Positions 1 through 20,568 of a DNA stretch of 64,000 bases are shown here, piece after piece. The translations under genes were made by a program, and so were the position numbers. How positions within the stretch are numbered: the stretch's first letter is position 1; every line of letters starts with the position of its first letter. The DNA comes from the human T2T-CHM13v2.0 reference genome, Homo sapiens. Below the pieces are notes generated by a model. That model did no database searches and had not been told where the DNA came from. It saw only the letters and a list, made by a program, of their open reading frames with translations. The stretch lies in assembly GCF_009914755.1 (NCBI RefSeq), contig NC_060941.1. One strand, written 5' to 3'.

Positions 1-73
1 GCTTTTGTCCCGTGAGGGGACACCACTGGGGGTTGGAGGAAAACGCATATCCTGATAAAGCATTTCATGTTGT

Positions 74-85
74 GAAAGTGAAACT
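74..85 (+). promoter_or_regulatory. ISRE/IRF-E motif GAAAGTGAAACT
   Basis: Exact IRF1/ISRE consensus at the end of the window nearest the expected SECTM1 promoter. Confidence 0.55.
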
Positions 86-270
86 AGTTTGTTTATTTTG
101 GAAGTAATACAGGCACAGAAACAAAATAGAATGAAACCAACTGTTGCCTTTTCCTCCCCACCCTGGCTTCAATTCCCAGGTTGAGTTATGGACACTGCCT
201 TACCTATCCTTCTAGAAGTTTTCCTGGTCCATACAAACAGCACAGCCATCCACTCACGTTTCTTTATTTC

Positions 271-1407
<1,137 letters not shown>

Positions 1408-2088
1408 GCATTTGCTTTTCTTTGTAACTTGATTCTCTGGGTTCCCTTGCCTTTCATCCTTGCCCACCCACGTGACTGCAGCCTGTGGGGCTTCCTCCTA
1501 ATGTCCCGAAGATAACTCGTCATCCTTGACCCCGCCGCCACCTCGGGTTCTAGTGGAGGATGTGGCCCGCCTGCCACCCCCACAGGCACCGGGTCCTCCA
1601 GGCCTCCTTGACCCACTTCCAACCCACCTGGGATGTCTGCGCGTTACCAGCCCAGATGCCTCTTGGAGCCTTCCACCTGCACCCCATCTCCTGTCCCAAC
1701 AGGCTGGGCCCCTCCTCCCGGGCTGGCCAAGCCAGTACCTCCGCAGGGGCCGCAGGTGCAGCACCCTCTGTGGGGGAGCTAGGGGGATCGCTCCTCTGCT
1801 CTGCGCACTTTTATGAAAGGGCCTCTGACCCTCCCACTGTCCTGCTCACTCTGCCCGCGCACCCCCGGCCACCTGGGGGCCGCCCCCCAAAGCCCTCGGC
1901 CCGTGGACAGACTCGCAGCCTCCTGGGAGCCGAGCCAACCGGCCCCACAGATTTGTGCATGACTCAGTTGTACCCACTGCTCACTGGCTGGAAGGGTCTC
2001 ACGGGTCCTTCCAACATGTAATATTCTCTGACTGTTGGGAGCAAGGGTCTCTGCAGGTGTCCCTCCTGTCAAGGTGTCAGTGGGGTAG

Positions 2089-2370
<282 letters not shown>

Positions 2371-2884
2371 TAGCAGCCTCTTCTTGTGGTTCTAGGAATT
2401 TTTAATCATATATTTGGAGGCTTTTTTTTTTTAAGAGATGGGGTCTCCTGTAGTTGACCAGGCTGGCTTGCAGTGGCTGTTCACTGGCAGGATCGTAGCT
2501 CAATGTACCCTGACCTTCTGGGCTCAAGCGATCCTCCAGCCTCAGCTTTCTGAGTAGCTGGCACCACAGGCAGGCACCACAGATAAAAAGTCTAAAATGT
2601 TTGCTTCAGTCTTTGTCGTTTTGTTGCTCTTGTTCTTGTCTTGTGCTAACCTAATTCTAATTTATCTATTTTATAATATTCGGAAGTTTTAAAATATGAG
2701 GCTAATTTTAAATTCTTACCCAGCATGTGTTTCTGCTTTTGGTGGAATCCACAACCCAGCTTGTTATTTTCCACCTGAAAAGGCTGTGCTCCTCGAACAT
2801 CCAGTTATGTTGCCCTGAGCCCCTTCACTTGCCAATCTTCTTGGTATTTCTTTTGGGATTTCACTGTCTTTATAGCTTCACTTT

Positions 2885-4260
<1,376 letters not shown>

Positions 4261-4699
4261 CAGTCCTCCGGCCACAGAGCTGCTGCTTTCCGTCTGACTT
4301 AAGCGTCATGGCCGTGCCTGTCCCGGCCAGGAATCCTGTCAATGGCCGTGCCCAGCCCTGCTTGCTCTGCGGAGCCCTGGACTCAGGGGAGCCTCCAATG
4401 TGCCCCCAGGACGGTGCTCCGTGCAGGAGGAGTGGTCTGACCACATTCTACTCTCTCCCCTTGGCTGCCTGCCCCTTGATTCCTGGAATTCCCAGAGAAT
4501 CAGGACGCTGTTCCCGGGAAGACTCTAACCACCAGCAAATGCCCAGGTCCGAGGGTGCCCAAGGTCGCAGGTCCTGGATCTGAAGCTTCCTGGAGATGCC
4601 TCCTCCAGCCTCATGGGGAGAGGAGGGAGGGTTCCCAAAGACACCCAAGAGTGAGGATCTGGTTCTGGGCTGCTGGAGAGGAGATGCCTCTGGGAGACC

Positions 4700-5270
4700 C
4701 CCCCAGAGTCCCTGTGCCCCCAAAAGCCCTGCCCCCAACCCCTCCCCCAGTGCTTCTCTGTGCCCTCTCACCAGTGCCTCCCCCAGTGTCCTCTCCCCCC
4801 AGTGCCCTCCCCCAGTGCCCTCCCCTGGTATCCTCTCCCCCGTGCCCTCCCCCAGTGCCCTCTACCTTGCCCTCCCCCAAGTGCCCTCCCCTGGTGTCCT
4901 CTCCCCCTCTGCCCTCCCCCAGTACCCTCCCCCATGCCCTCCCCCAATGCCCTCTCCCCCAGTGCCCTCCCCCCAGTGCCTTCTTCCCCTGTGCCCTCCC
5001 CCCATGTCCTTCCCCCACACCCTCTTCCCCTGTGTCCTCCCTCTGTGCCCTCTTCCCCTGTGCCCTCCCCCAGTGCCCTCCCCTGTGTTCTTCCCCAGTG
5101 CCCTCTTCCCCATGCCCTCCCCCTGTGCCCTCCCCCCAGTGCCTTCTTCCCCTGTGCCCTCCCCCCATGTCCTTCCCCCACACCCTCTTCCCGTGTCCTC
5201 CCTCTGTGCCCTCTTCCCCTGTACCCTCCCCCAGTGCCCTCCCCAGCTTCCTCACACCCAGTTCCCCCAT
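4700..5270. repeat. C-rich degenerate minisatellite (CCCTCCCCCAGTG-like)
   Basis: Dozens of CCCTCCCC(C)AGTG/TGTG units. Confidence 0.9.
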
Positions 5271-5426
5271 GCTGAGAGGCTGTCAGTGATGGAGGTTTGG
5301 GGTGGCATTAGACCACCTCCCAGGAAGGGCGAGGAAGCATTTCTGTAACATCAGAATGCGGCAGCAGAACTTCCCTGAGGAGCCGCTGCCCAGAAGAGCT
5401 TGCCCCTGACGGTCTTTCCAGGATGA

Positions 5427-8460
<3,034 letters not shown>

Positions 8461-8489
8461 CACCTGCAGCCAGCTGGCTCCTATAGGCC

Positions 8490-8750
8490 CATGAGTTTGT
8501 GACACTTTACCATTGCCATGCCAACACCCAGATGTTACTGCCCCTTTCCATGGCAATGACCCAGAAGTACCACCCCTTTTCTAGGAAATTCTGAATGCCC
8601 CACCTCTTAATTTGCATGTAGTTAAAAGTGGGTATAAATGTGACGGCGGCCCTGCCCTGAGCTGCTGCTCTCCGCACACTTCTCCGGGGCAGCCCTGCTC
8701 TGTATCATGGAGCTGTGACATGCCACCGCCTTAGTGAAGCTGCTTTCAAG
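8490..8750 (+). mobile_element. MER41-family LTR fragment
   Basis: CCATGGCAAT/CCAGAAGT repeats and TTAATTTGCATGTAGTTAAAAGTGGGTATAAAT, typical of MER41C/D/E. Confidence 0.7.
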
Positions 8751-8804
8751 GGAGAAGAAAAGGAAAAATTAGTTGGGCAGACAGCTAAAGCTGGTCTTTG
8801 GTAA

Positions 8805-9131
<327 letters not shown>

Positions 9132-9524
9132 TTAAATTGTTTTTAACCACAGCTAATACGGTACACCTTTCAGAGACGGAGCACTCCACATCACAGGTGG
9201 CAAGAGTCTTGATTCTTCCTCAGCCCCAGGTGGCTCTTCCTTTATTGTGCTCCTGTGGATCCTTCAGACTATGTAGCTAAAAGCAAAGAAAAACACGTAT
9301 TCTATCTGCCCCTCCCCTTTGACACAGAAGGAGGCACGACCATCACGGTGTCCTGAGCTCAGCCTGGCCCACACCAGGCCCTCCTGGAGACCCTCCTGGT
9401 GGGTGCGGGGTGGCCTCCCAGGCATGGCTGCTGTGTTGGGTGGGGGGTGACTAAGTCAACAGCCCCGTGTGTGTGTGCGTAGGCTGATTCTGGCCTTCGG
9501 CAGTCACAGTCCCACAGACACCAT

Positions 9525-9673
9525 GGTGCCTGTGTCGGCTCCGTGCCTGTGTCAGCTCACCGTGCCTGTGTCAGCTCACGGTGCCTGTGTCAGCTCCGTG
9601 CCTGTGTCAGCTCACGGTGCCTGTGTCAGCTCCGTGCCTGTGTCAGCTCCGTGCCTGTGTCAGCTCCGTGCCT
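9525..9673. repeat. About 8 x 17/19-bp minisatellite GTGCCTGTGTCAGCTC(C/ACG)
   Basis: Direct tandem copies. Confidence 0.95.
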
Positions 9674-9859
9674 CCAGCGGTGTTTGTCTTTAGGACAAAT
9701 ACCCACTCCGCCCTGGGCTGCCACATCTCACAATGGGGAAGTGGGGAAGGGGGGTTTGCAGGGGTGGTTGCAGGGTGAGGGTGTGTCTGGCTGCACAGAT
9801 TTACACGCCCGTGGGCTGGGTGGGAGTGCGGTAGGCCAGGTCTCACTAACGTGGGCCTC

Positions 9860-10433
9860 CATGACCAGTTTCAGTACTGAGGGAGTTAAAAGCCAGTGCC
9901 CTTATACAAAGGCTGGAATGTAACAAAAGCATACCAAGAGTTTTGCCTAGCCCTTTCCTGGGCCTTAAAGCATGAAAAAATAACAAAGGAATTCTTAATA
10001 GGACCCATTTAGGATAAAACAAATTTTATCGCAGGTCTGAAGGAACTCCTCAGGCCTCCACAAACAAGCTTATTGGGGGCCCGAAGGAACTTCTCCAACC
10101 TCCTTGACTTAGCAGGAGACAGGATAAGGGTAATGACCCAGCACCTGGACCCATCTAGATTAAACTTACTGAGGCTCCAGAGGAAGGTCTTCAGGACTCA
10201 GACCTCAGTTACAGATTAGAAGTTAATCACTTAGTCTTCAGATGAATGCACACTTACACGTAGACGTAGCGTGTGGAAGGTAGATAAGCTCTGGAGGACT
10301 GTAATTTTGAGTTGGTCTGGAGATAATGTCCAGGCCTTCTCCCTGTAACCGGTTGGGGAAATAAACACGTGCTTCCTCCCCAGTTCAGCTGCGTCTCGTT
10401 ATGGGGCCCGACCCTCAGTTTGGTCCGGGAACG
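9860..10433 (+). mobile_element. ERV1-class solo LTR (family not assigned)
   Basis: TATA-like GTAGATAAGC, AATAAA at 10360-10365, LTR-type end CCCTCAGTTTGGTCCGGGAAC. Confidence 0.75.
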
Positions 10434-10873
10434 GGGGCTGCCTCTCGTCCGAGGACCTGCTGCTGCTCCTGGTCGTGGCTGCAGCTCTGTCCGCCTTTCT
10501 GTCCGGCTTTCCATCCGGGCTGCCAGCTCGCCGCTGTCCCCACATCTGGCTCCCGTGTTCCCGGCTGTCACGCAGGGTCACGTTGTCCCCAAAGTTCTGC
10601 CAACACGAGTGAAGTCTCGTTGGTGTGACATCAAACAGCTACGAAGGCCGTTTCTGTGACCCGGAGGCCACACGCCAAGTCTCCGGGACGAAGCCTCGCT
10701 TGGCAGAGCCGCCGGGGCCTGGTCTCTGTGTTCCGTGCCGCAGATGCCACACGACTGTTTCCCACTCCCTGTGTTTACGTGGGACCCAAAGATAACTGTT
10801 TTCCCGAAATTAATATAATTCCTAAGATAATTTTTCATGAAATTGGAAAAACTGGTTCTAAAATTCATACGAA

Positions 10874-11247
10874 GGCCGGTGTGGTGGCTCCCGCCTGTAA
10901 ATCCCAGCACTGTGGGAGGCCGAGGCGGGCGGATCACGAGGTCAGGAGATCAAGACCATCCTGGCTAACACGGTGAAACCCCGTCTCCACTAAAAAAATA
11001 CAAAAAATTAGCCAGGTGTGGTGACGGGCGCCTGTAGTCCCAGCTACTCAGGTAACTGAGGCAGGAGACTGGCGTGAACCCGGGAGGCGGAGCTTGCAGT
11101 GAGCCGAGATCGCGCCACTGCACTCCAGCCTGGGCGACAGAGCAAGACTCTGTCTCAAGAAAAAAAATAAAAATAAAAAATAAAATTTGTACGAAAGAGC
11201 AAAGAGGGCCGGGCGTGGCAGCTCACGCCTGTAACCCCAGCACTTTG
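10874..11247 (+). mobile_element. AluY (10874-11185) followed by a 40-bp Alu 5' stub
   Basis: Alu consensus. The stub GGCCGGGCGTGG...CACTTT ends at the LTR7 edge. Confidence 0.9.
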
Positions 11248-11708
11248 TGTCACGTGCGTCCATGTGAAGAGACACCAACAGGCTTTGTGTGAGCAACAAG
11301 GCTGTTTATTCACTTGGGTGCAAGTGGGCTGAGTCCGAAAAGAGTCAGCAAAGAGAGGTAGGGGTGGGGCCGTTTTATAGGACTGGGGTAAACAGTGGAA
11401 AGTTACAGTGAAAGGTGGTTACCTATTGTCAGCAGAGGAGGGGGTCACAAGGTACATGGTGGGGAGATCATAAGACTCATTGTCCGGAAGAAGAATGTCA
11501 CGAGGTCGATCGATCAGGTGGGACAGGGCAGGAACAGGTCATCATGGAATGTCGTAAGGTTGGTCAATCAGTTAAGACAGGAGCTGGCTGTTTCATTCTT
11601 TTGTAGATTTGGGTTGCCCCAGACTTCTTGGCTCTTGCAGGCCATCTGGACATACATGTGCAGGTCACAGGGGTTACAATGGCTGAGCTTCGGCTCAGAG
11701 GCCTGACA
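11248..11708 (-). mobile_element. HERV-H solo LTR (LTR7/LTR7C-like)
   Basis: The reverse complement begins TGTCAGGCCTCTGAGCC, contains AATAAA and TGCTCACACAAAGCCTGTT, and ends GGACGCACGTGACA. Confidence 0.9.
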
Positions 11709-12042
11709 CACCTGACACAAGGGAGCGTGTGTCTGAGGGCGCAGCAGCCAAGGAGCGGCTTCCCCTCCCCAGGAGGGCTCCGAGGGGGAAGTCAGGAAGC
11801 TGTTTCTTGCACACGCGAGTGTGAAGCTGCAAACTGCTCAGCGGCAGGTTCGGGTTTAAAAACTCAAAACTTAAAAAAATTAGCTAGCCGCCACAGTGTG
11901 GGGGGAAGAACCACTCTGCTTTTAAATACAAGAGATGGCACAAGATTTCGGGATAGTGCCCATGTGGGCGACCCCGACCCGGTCCCCGCCCTGCTTGTGC
12001 CAAGGATCCTCAGGCACCCAGGGCTTCCTGTTTATACAGCAG

Positions 12043-13155
12043 AACGCCCTCTCTCTGGAGACAGAGAGACAGAAGGGTCCCAGCCTGAACACCCCCCTCT
12101 GGAGACAGAGAGACTGAGGGGGTCCCAGCCTGAACGCCCCCTCTCTGGAGACAGACTGAGGGGGTCCCAGCCTGAACGCCCCCTCTCTGGAGACAGACTG
12201 AGGGGGTCCCAGCCTGAACGCCCCCTCTCTGGAGACAGAGAGACAGAGGGGTCCCAGCCTGAACGCCCCCTCTCTGGAGACAGACTGAGGGGGTCCCAGC
12301 CTGAACGCCCCCTCTCTGGAGACAGAGAGACAGAGGGGTCCCAGCCTGAATGCCCCCCTCTGGAGACAGGCTGAGGGGGTCCCAGCCTGAACGCCCCCTC
12401 TCTGGAGACAGAGAGACTGAGGGGGTCCCAGCCTGAACGCCCCCTCTCTGGAGACAGAGAGACTGAGGGGGTCCCAGCCTGAACGCCCCCTCTCTGGAGA
12501 CAGAGAGACAGAGGGGTCCCAGCCTGAACGCCCCCCTCTGGAGACAGGCTGAGGGGGTCCCAGCCTGAACGCCCCCTCTCTGGAGACAGAGAGACTGAGG
12601 GGGTCCCAGCCTGAACGCCCCCTCTCTGGAGACAGAGAGACTGAGGGGTCCCAGCCTGAACGCCCCCTCTCTGGAGACAGACTGAGGGGGTCCCAGCCTG
12701 AACGCCCCCTCTCTGGAGACAGACTGAGGGGGTCCCAGCCTGAACGCCCCCTCTCTGGAGACAGAGAGACAGAGGGGTCCCAGCCTGAACGCCCCCCTCT
12801 GGAGACAGGCTGAGGGGGTCCCAGCCTGAACGCCCCCTCTCTGGAGACAGAGAGACTGAGGGGGTCCCAGCCTGAACGCCCCCTCTCTGGAGACAGAGAG
12901 ACTGAGGGGGTCCCAGCCTGAACGCCCCCTCTCTGGAGACAGAGAGACAGAGGGGTCCCAGCCTGAACGCCCCCCTCTGGAGACAGGCTGAGGGGGTCCC
13001 AGCCTGAACGCCCCCTCTCTGGAGACAGAGAGACTGAGGGGGTCCCAGCCTGAACGCCCCCTCTCTGGAGACAGAGAGACTGAGGGGTCCCAGCCTGAAC
13101 GCCCCCCTCTGGAGACAGAGAGACTGAGGGGGTCCCAGCCTGAACGCCCTCTCTC
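12043..13155. repeat. VNTR, about 26 units of 38-46 bp (GGTCCCAGCCTGAACGCCCCCTCTCTGGAGACAGAGAGACTGAGGG)
   Basis: Near-identical tandem units with length variants. Confidence 0.97.
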
Positions 13156-13208
13156 CGGGCTCTTCCACCAGAGCTAAGACCTTCTGATTTTCTTGTCTTG
13201 TCTTTTGA

Positions 13209-13313
<105 letters not shown>

Positions 13314-13750
13314 TGAGTAGCTGGGATTACAGGTGCCTGCCACCACGCCCGCCTAATTTTTGTATTTTAGTAGGGACGAGGTTTCACCGTGTTGGCCAGG
13401 CTGATCTTGAACTCTTGACCTCAGGTGATCCCCACACCTCGGCCTCCCAAAGTTCTGGGATTACAGGCGTGAGCCACTGCACCCAGCCAATGCCTTCTGG
13501 TTTTTCTGATTTTTCTGATCTCTCATTTTCCTTTCTAGAAGGGAGGCCTCTTGTCATCCTATCTCTACCCGCAGAAAATAGGATTTGAGTTTCTATTTGA
13601 GTGCTGGGACCAGCGTTGGAGGGAGGGAAGACATCAGAGCCAGAGCCCCTCCAAGACTGCCCCCCAGGGCCTGGGGCTGCAGGGGGCTGGCCCTGCTGGG
13701 AAGGAGAGGCTGCCAGGTGGGGTCCTGGGCCAAGGTCCCAGCATAAACAC

Positions 13751-13869
13751 CCACGAAACCCCCTGGGCTGGCCGGCTGCCACCCTGCCCTGCTCCTCGCC
13801 TCATAGCTTTCCACGAGACCCCCTGGGCTGGCCGGCTGCCACCCTGCCCTGCTCGCCTCATAGCTTTCC
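13751..13869. repeat. 2 x about 60-bp tandem duplication
   Basis: CCACGARACCCCCTGGGCTGGCCGGCTGCCACCCTGCCCTGCTC...CTCATAGCTTTCC twice. Confidence 0.9.
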
Positions 13870-14843
13870 TTCACCTCTCTCTCCTTCACAAACTCACCCA
13901 GCCCCACGTCTGACACACATTTCTAAATCTATCTTCCTTGTCAATAATTCAACCAACGCTTTTATTTGTCAAAGAGAAACCTGCCATAGTGGGAATTTAC
14001 AGCCACAGTCCCCACGACGTAAATGTTTCCCTCTCACATTTGGAAACCTGCTGTGTTGGAATTGAATAGTAAATAGGAGAATTATAATAAATGAAATAAG
14101 CCAGCCGTCCCTGAAATACGATTGCTCCTCAGGACTTGAGGCTGATCTGAGCCAATTCTTCCACTGATCTCTACGCAGAGCCTCGGGAACTCCTAGAGGA
14201 GCATAAGTTCCAAACTGGAGACGCACATGCAGGGGCATAGAAGCCTCACTCTGAACAACTAAACAAAAGCATCTGATTTTAGAATTTAAAAATGTCTGTG
14301 GGGGGTGCCTCAGTTCCCCCCGTGACCCCAGCTCTGGTAGGGTCACTGCCACCCGCGCGTGCATGTCCTGGGATCCTGACCTCTCCTTCAAACCCACCAG
14401 AGCGATGCCAGGTGACTCTGGGGAGGCTCACCTGCTCAGGTGAGTAGAATCAACCCTGTCGGCCACTGGAGCCACTGGGGTAGCCGGGGCCGTGGAGCTC
14501 TGCACAGCCCGGGGGAGGCCGATGTTCAGAACAAAGCTTTTATCATGGAAAAGTACAAACATAAACACAAAGGTGGAGACTGGGACAGTAATCTGTTCAC
14601 TCACTGCCTTCTCCTGACCTCTTCCACTTCCTCGTCTTTCCCGGCCCCCTCCCAGCCAGAAGGGTGGGAAAGCGCTGGTTTTAATTAGCGATTTCTTGAC
14701 TGCCTCCCCCTCATTCCTGAGCCTCTCCCAGTTTCCTGACGGTAGAAAACACTCTGGCTTTGATTTGTAAGCAGATGTGTAGATAGTTTTCTTAGAAAGT
14801 TTCCCAATTGTAAAATGATTGCAACTTGGTTAACGCCGTCTGA

Positions 14844-15875
<1,032 letters not shown>

Positions 15876-17991
15876 TGATGCTGACAGACACTGGTCTGTT
15901 CTTGGGGGAGGATCTGATTTGTCACAAAAAGAGGTCAAGTAGGCTGACAGTTCTTGCCGATGGCCCAGGTGTCGGGATTACGTGTCAGTCCTGGCTGCGC
16001 TGCCGGCTTCTCTGCGCCTCCCTGGGTGATGCCCATCTCACCGGGGTGGCGGCTGGTGCACCATCGTGGGGCCGGCACACCCGGCACCTCGGAGGCCTCT
16101 GTCCCAGCCACTGGGCCTGTCCAGGAGGGCTGGACGGGCCACCACCTCGGCCCACCCTCGAGGCTTCTCCAGGGCTCGATCCAGGCTGGGCTTCAGACAT
16201 GGAGTTGCTGGCAGCCCGAGAATGTTACAATTGTTGAGCTTCTTATTTCCAGGTAACTCAAGTTCATTTTAGAAGCTGTGGAAAACACAGGCAAGCAGAG
16301 AACATGAATGACCTGCCCCCTGTTATCTACCCCAAACCTGACCTCAGTCAGCATCTGCTTCTAGGTCCTCTCGCTTTGTAGCTCCTGCCTTTGGGGCCAG
16401 CTGCTTCACACCCCAAGTCCTTCTATTATTAACTGACTCTTCCTGTTTACTTCAATCCAGCAGATGTGTGTAGAGCAGCAACCACGCCGGGCTGGGACCC
16501 CGCGGCCGAGGCATCTGCTGGAAGGAGTCTCTGAGGTCACCAACCACGCTGGGCTGGGGCCCTGCGACCGAGGCATCTGTGGGAAGGAGTCTCTGAGGTC
16601 ACTCCTGCCCACAGGTGCACGTCTGTGCACCCGCCCACTCCTGCATACACACGAACACACCTGTGCATGTATACACCGCACCCCACACACCCCTGCACAC
16701 TCGTGAGGGCATGCTCTCACACACAAACATGCACTCACAATAGGCCTCCAGGGCTGGGGCCGGCCGTGGAGCTGGACCGAGGGAGGGAGCTTGCTGGGGT
16801 GGCCCAGGTATAGCCCCTGGCCCGGCCTCAGCCCACCCGGCAGACTCTCAGCTGAAGGAGGACGCGGGTTGCCGTCGGGATGCCGTGTGCAACATCCCAA
16901 CTCCACAGATCAGAAGATGGAGGCAGAGCCGATTGGAGGAGGAGGGTCGGGAGGCCTCAGGAATTGCTAAAGGGCCAGCCATGGTTCTCAGTTCTTCCCA
17001 GCAACCAGTCCAGAGACCAGGCCAATGGCAGGGCCCCTTTGCGGGCTTGGCTGATTTGATGGTACAAAAGCACGAGCGTCCGTGCAGACTGAAGTGACCA
17101 CCAGGGGGTGCTATTGGCACACAGCAAGTTGGCGCCCAAATCCAGAGCCTAGAAATTGATCCTGCTGCCTCCGGGCTGCTCTGCCGCACCCACAGGTGCC
17201 CAGGGATGCCAGGCGCCTGCCCCAAGCCATGTGGGGGTGGCACAGGTGCACCCGGAAGCCCCCAGTTTCCATAATCTTCCCTCCCTGCCAGGAGGCGTGT
17301 GGGTTCGCCAAGTCCTGCTTCCAGTGCCTGCTTCTCCAGTCTCAGATCTCAGCGAGCACACCAGGGGTATGGGAGGCCTCACACCCAGGGGCTGTTGCAG
17401 CCACGCCGCTTCCTGTGTGTGGGCGCTGTGCATGGCAGGGTGGACACGACACCACCTCCCAGTTGTCATGGGCAGAGCCCCTTTCCTTGGACAGAACCCC
17501 TGGTGCCCACCCCTAGGAGGTAGGATCCAGACCAGTGGGCAGAGGAGGGGGAGGCCATGCTCCTTTGGGGCCATTTGTGTGCCTGGCGGTGGCCCCCATT
17601 GTGTCCCCAAGTGGGGTTTATGGTGTTGCCGAGGGCTGTGGGGGGCACGCCCAGTATCTGGAGCTTCTGGGTTGATTTGAGGGTTGTTCTGTGTGTCCAG
17701 GCCATGTGGGTTGGGCCACGGCCTGTGGCTAGGGTCTTTATGGAGCAGGATTGAGCCACATGTGGACAGGGTCCCTGTGGAGTAGGATTGAGGCCCCCTA
17801 ATCTCCCAGCTCATTCTGCACAACTTTGGTTTTGCTCTGATTTAAAAATGAACAGATTAAACTGAAGTAAATATTTCAAGCTGTTTTTAACAAAAAAAAG
17901 GTGTTATTCATCATGCACAGTGCCCTCACTCAGATGACAGACAGCAATGAGCTTGGCTCTGCGGGGGCAGGCAGCTGGTGGCTGAGGGTGA

Positions 17992-18402
<411 letters not shown>

Positions 18403-19612
18403 TAGGGTGATGAGAGATGAGAGCAGAAAACAAAATCAAGCACCAGGGCCCCAGGTATGCGTCTTCCACATTTGGTTTATTTGATGAAGGAGTTCATGGC
18501 TAACAGGGCCCTATAGCCCAAGTGTGACCCAGATCTTTAGAACTGCGGGCCCTCCCTCAACTCCATCTCACCCAGTAGCATGAACCCTAAATCTACTATG
18601 GAGGCCTTAGGGAGAGAGGGTGTAGGAGGGTGGCTGCACTCTCATACCTTCCTACATCTGCTGGAGCCCAGGGCCCCCATCACAGGCAGCACCTGCTCCT
18701 GTAGGCTACAGACAGGGTCACGCAGGCGCCTGGAAACCGCTGCCAACTGCCAGGATTGGGTCTGCACCTGCCCCGGCCTCCCTGGCCCTGGGTGATGGGG
18801 GGAAGCCAAGAGGGGAGAGTCCCAGGGAACGTGACCCCCAAGTGTGTGGCTGCCCCGCCCCTCGCGGGTGTTCAAAGGCCAGGAGCCCTGGGATATTGGG
18901 AGGATGTTTCAGTATCCCCAAACCTGAAGGCACCCAGACTTCCAGAAAAGGCTGGCAATGGAGAGACAGGCAGCTTCTTTCTAAGCTGCATCATACCAGG
19001 AGGTCGCCAGGGGCACAGAGCTGCCCAGGGGCAGTGTTTCCACAGGTTTGGGCTATGGAAATGGGGACTTCTGGCCATCCTTCCTCTCTGGCCTTCTTCC
19101 AGCATCTCCCTCCAGGAGACACCAGTCCCCTTTCCCCATGGGACCACTCAGAGTCATGTCCAAGACCTTCCCCAATGGTGGTCTTTGCTGACATCTTAGG
19201 GCAGCCCCCACCCTTGCCACTGTGGATGAAGAAATCTCCTGGGGTGGTGGGGGCTCTGCTTCCTGGGGTCTCACGTGGCCGCCTCCACCCCCTCACTTGG
19301 TCCCCAGCTGCCTGGAAACCCACCCTAGATGGACTCAAGTTATCTGCAGATGTGTTTGACAGAACAGCAAGGATGTACCTGCAGTTTTGAAGACCCTGGG
19401 CTGGGCGGGATCACCACCTCTGCCTTTTTAGGGAAGGGACCCACAATTCCCAGCACTCATTTGCTCTTTTGCTGCTCAGGGACTGTCACTGCACAGGCCC
19501 TGGGGCCTATGGAGGAGTCACAGACTCTGGACTCAGGATGGGGCCCCAAGCCCCAACCAGGCTCTGGCCCAGCCCAGGGAAGATAATAATGCCCACCTTA
19601 TGGAAATCCCAC

Positions 19613-19788
19613 CCCAGGAGGGTTCAGGACAGACCCCAGGAGTGTTCAGGACAGAGCCCAGGAGTGTTCAGGACAGAGCCCAGGAGGGTTCAGGACAGAC
19701 CCCAGGAGGGTTCAGGACAGACCCCAGAAGGGTTCAGGACAGAGCCCAGGAGGGTTCAGGACAGACCCCAGGAGGGTTCAGGACAGAG
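19613..19788. repeat. 8 x 22-bp minisatellite CCCAGGAGKGTTCAGGACAGAS
   Basis: TTCAGGAC recurs every 22 bp from 19623 to 19777. Confidence 0.95.
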
Positions 19789-20352
19789 CTGGCCACAGCC
19801 GGGTACAGCGCCCAGGCCCTCTCTCCTTCCTTCCTCTCCTGCAACCATTCTTCCTACTTGAGAGTAAGATACAGAGACCTTGCTTTTTGCACTCTCTGGA
19901 GAATGTGTGACTGGTGATGTTCTTTCCTCTTATTTGCTTGCCTGTTTTCTAAATGTTTGATAATGAATTTGTTTACTTTGAAATAAGCAAACAATACCAA
20001 AAGTTATTTTTAAAAGGACAGCCTCTAAGTCCATGATTACAATTTGGATGATGAGCCAGTGTGGTCGAGGGTGTTCTGATCCTCACACAGCACTGGTGAC
20101 AGACCTGACCAGGGCACGTGGAGGTGCTTCCACATGGCAGTGGCTTCTTGGTCCTTCAGAAGGATGGAGGCCACCAATGGGCCACGGAGCTGAGTAGGTG
20201 GACAAAGCAAATGAGCAGGAAGGGTGGGCTGGGAGTGAGGGGAGGGTGACTGTGGTCCCCTGGATAGTCTGTTGTAAAGAAGCCACCTCGGCTGGGCACG
20301 GTGGCTCATGCCTGTCATCCCAGCACTTTGGGAGGCCAAGGCGGGTGGATCA

Positions 20353-20568
<216 letters not shown>

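Noticed and set aside
1-270. SECTM1 exon
   Set aside because: No SECTM1 coding or clear exon sequence is visible; its proximity is inferred only from gene order.
4555-5348. Pro-rich/Gly-rich ORFs
   Set aside because: Translations of a C-rich low-complexity tract, open in many frames.
12043-13155. CRISPR-like array of hairpin repeats, and the 404-aa ORF
   Set aside because: No unique spacers, no cas genes, human context; it is a VNTR.
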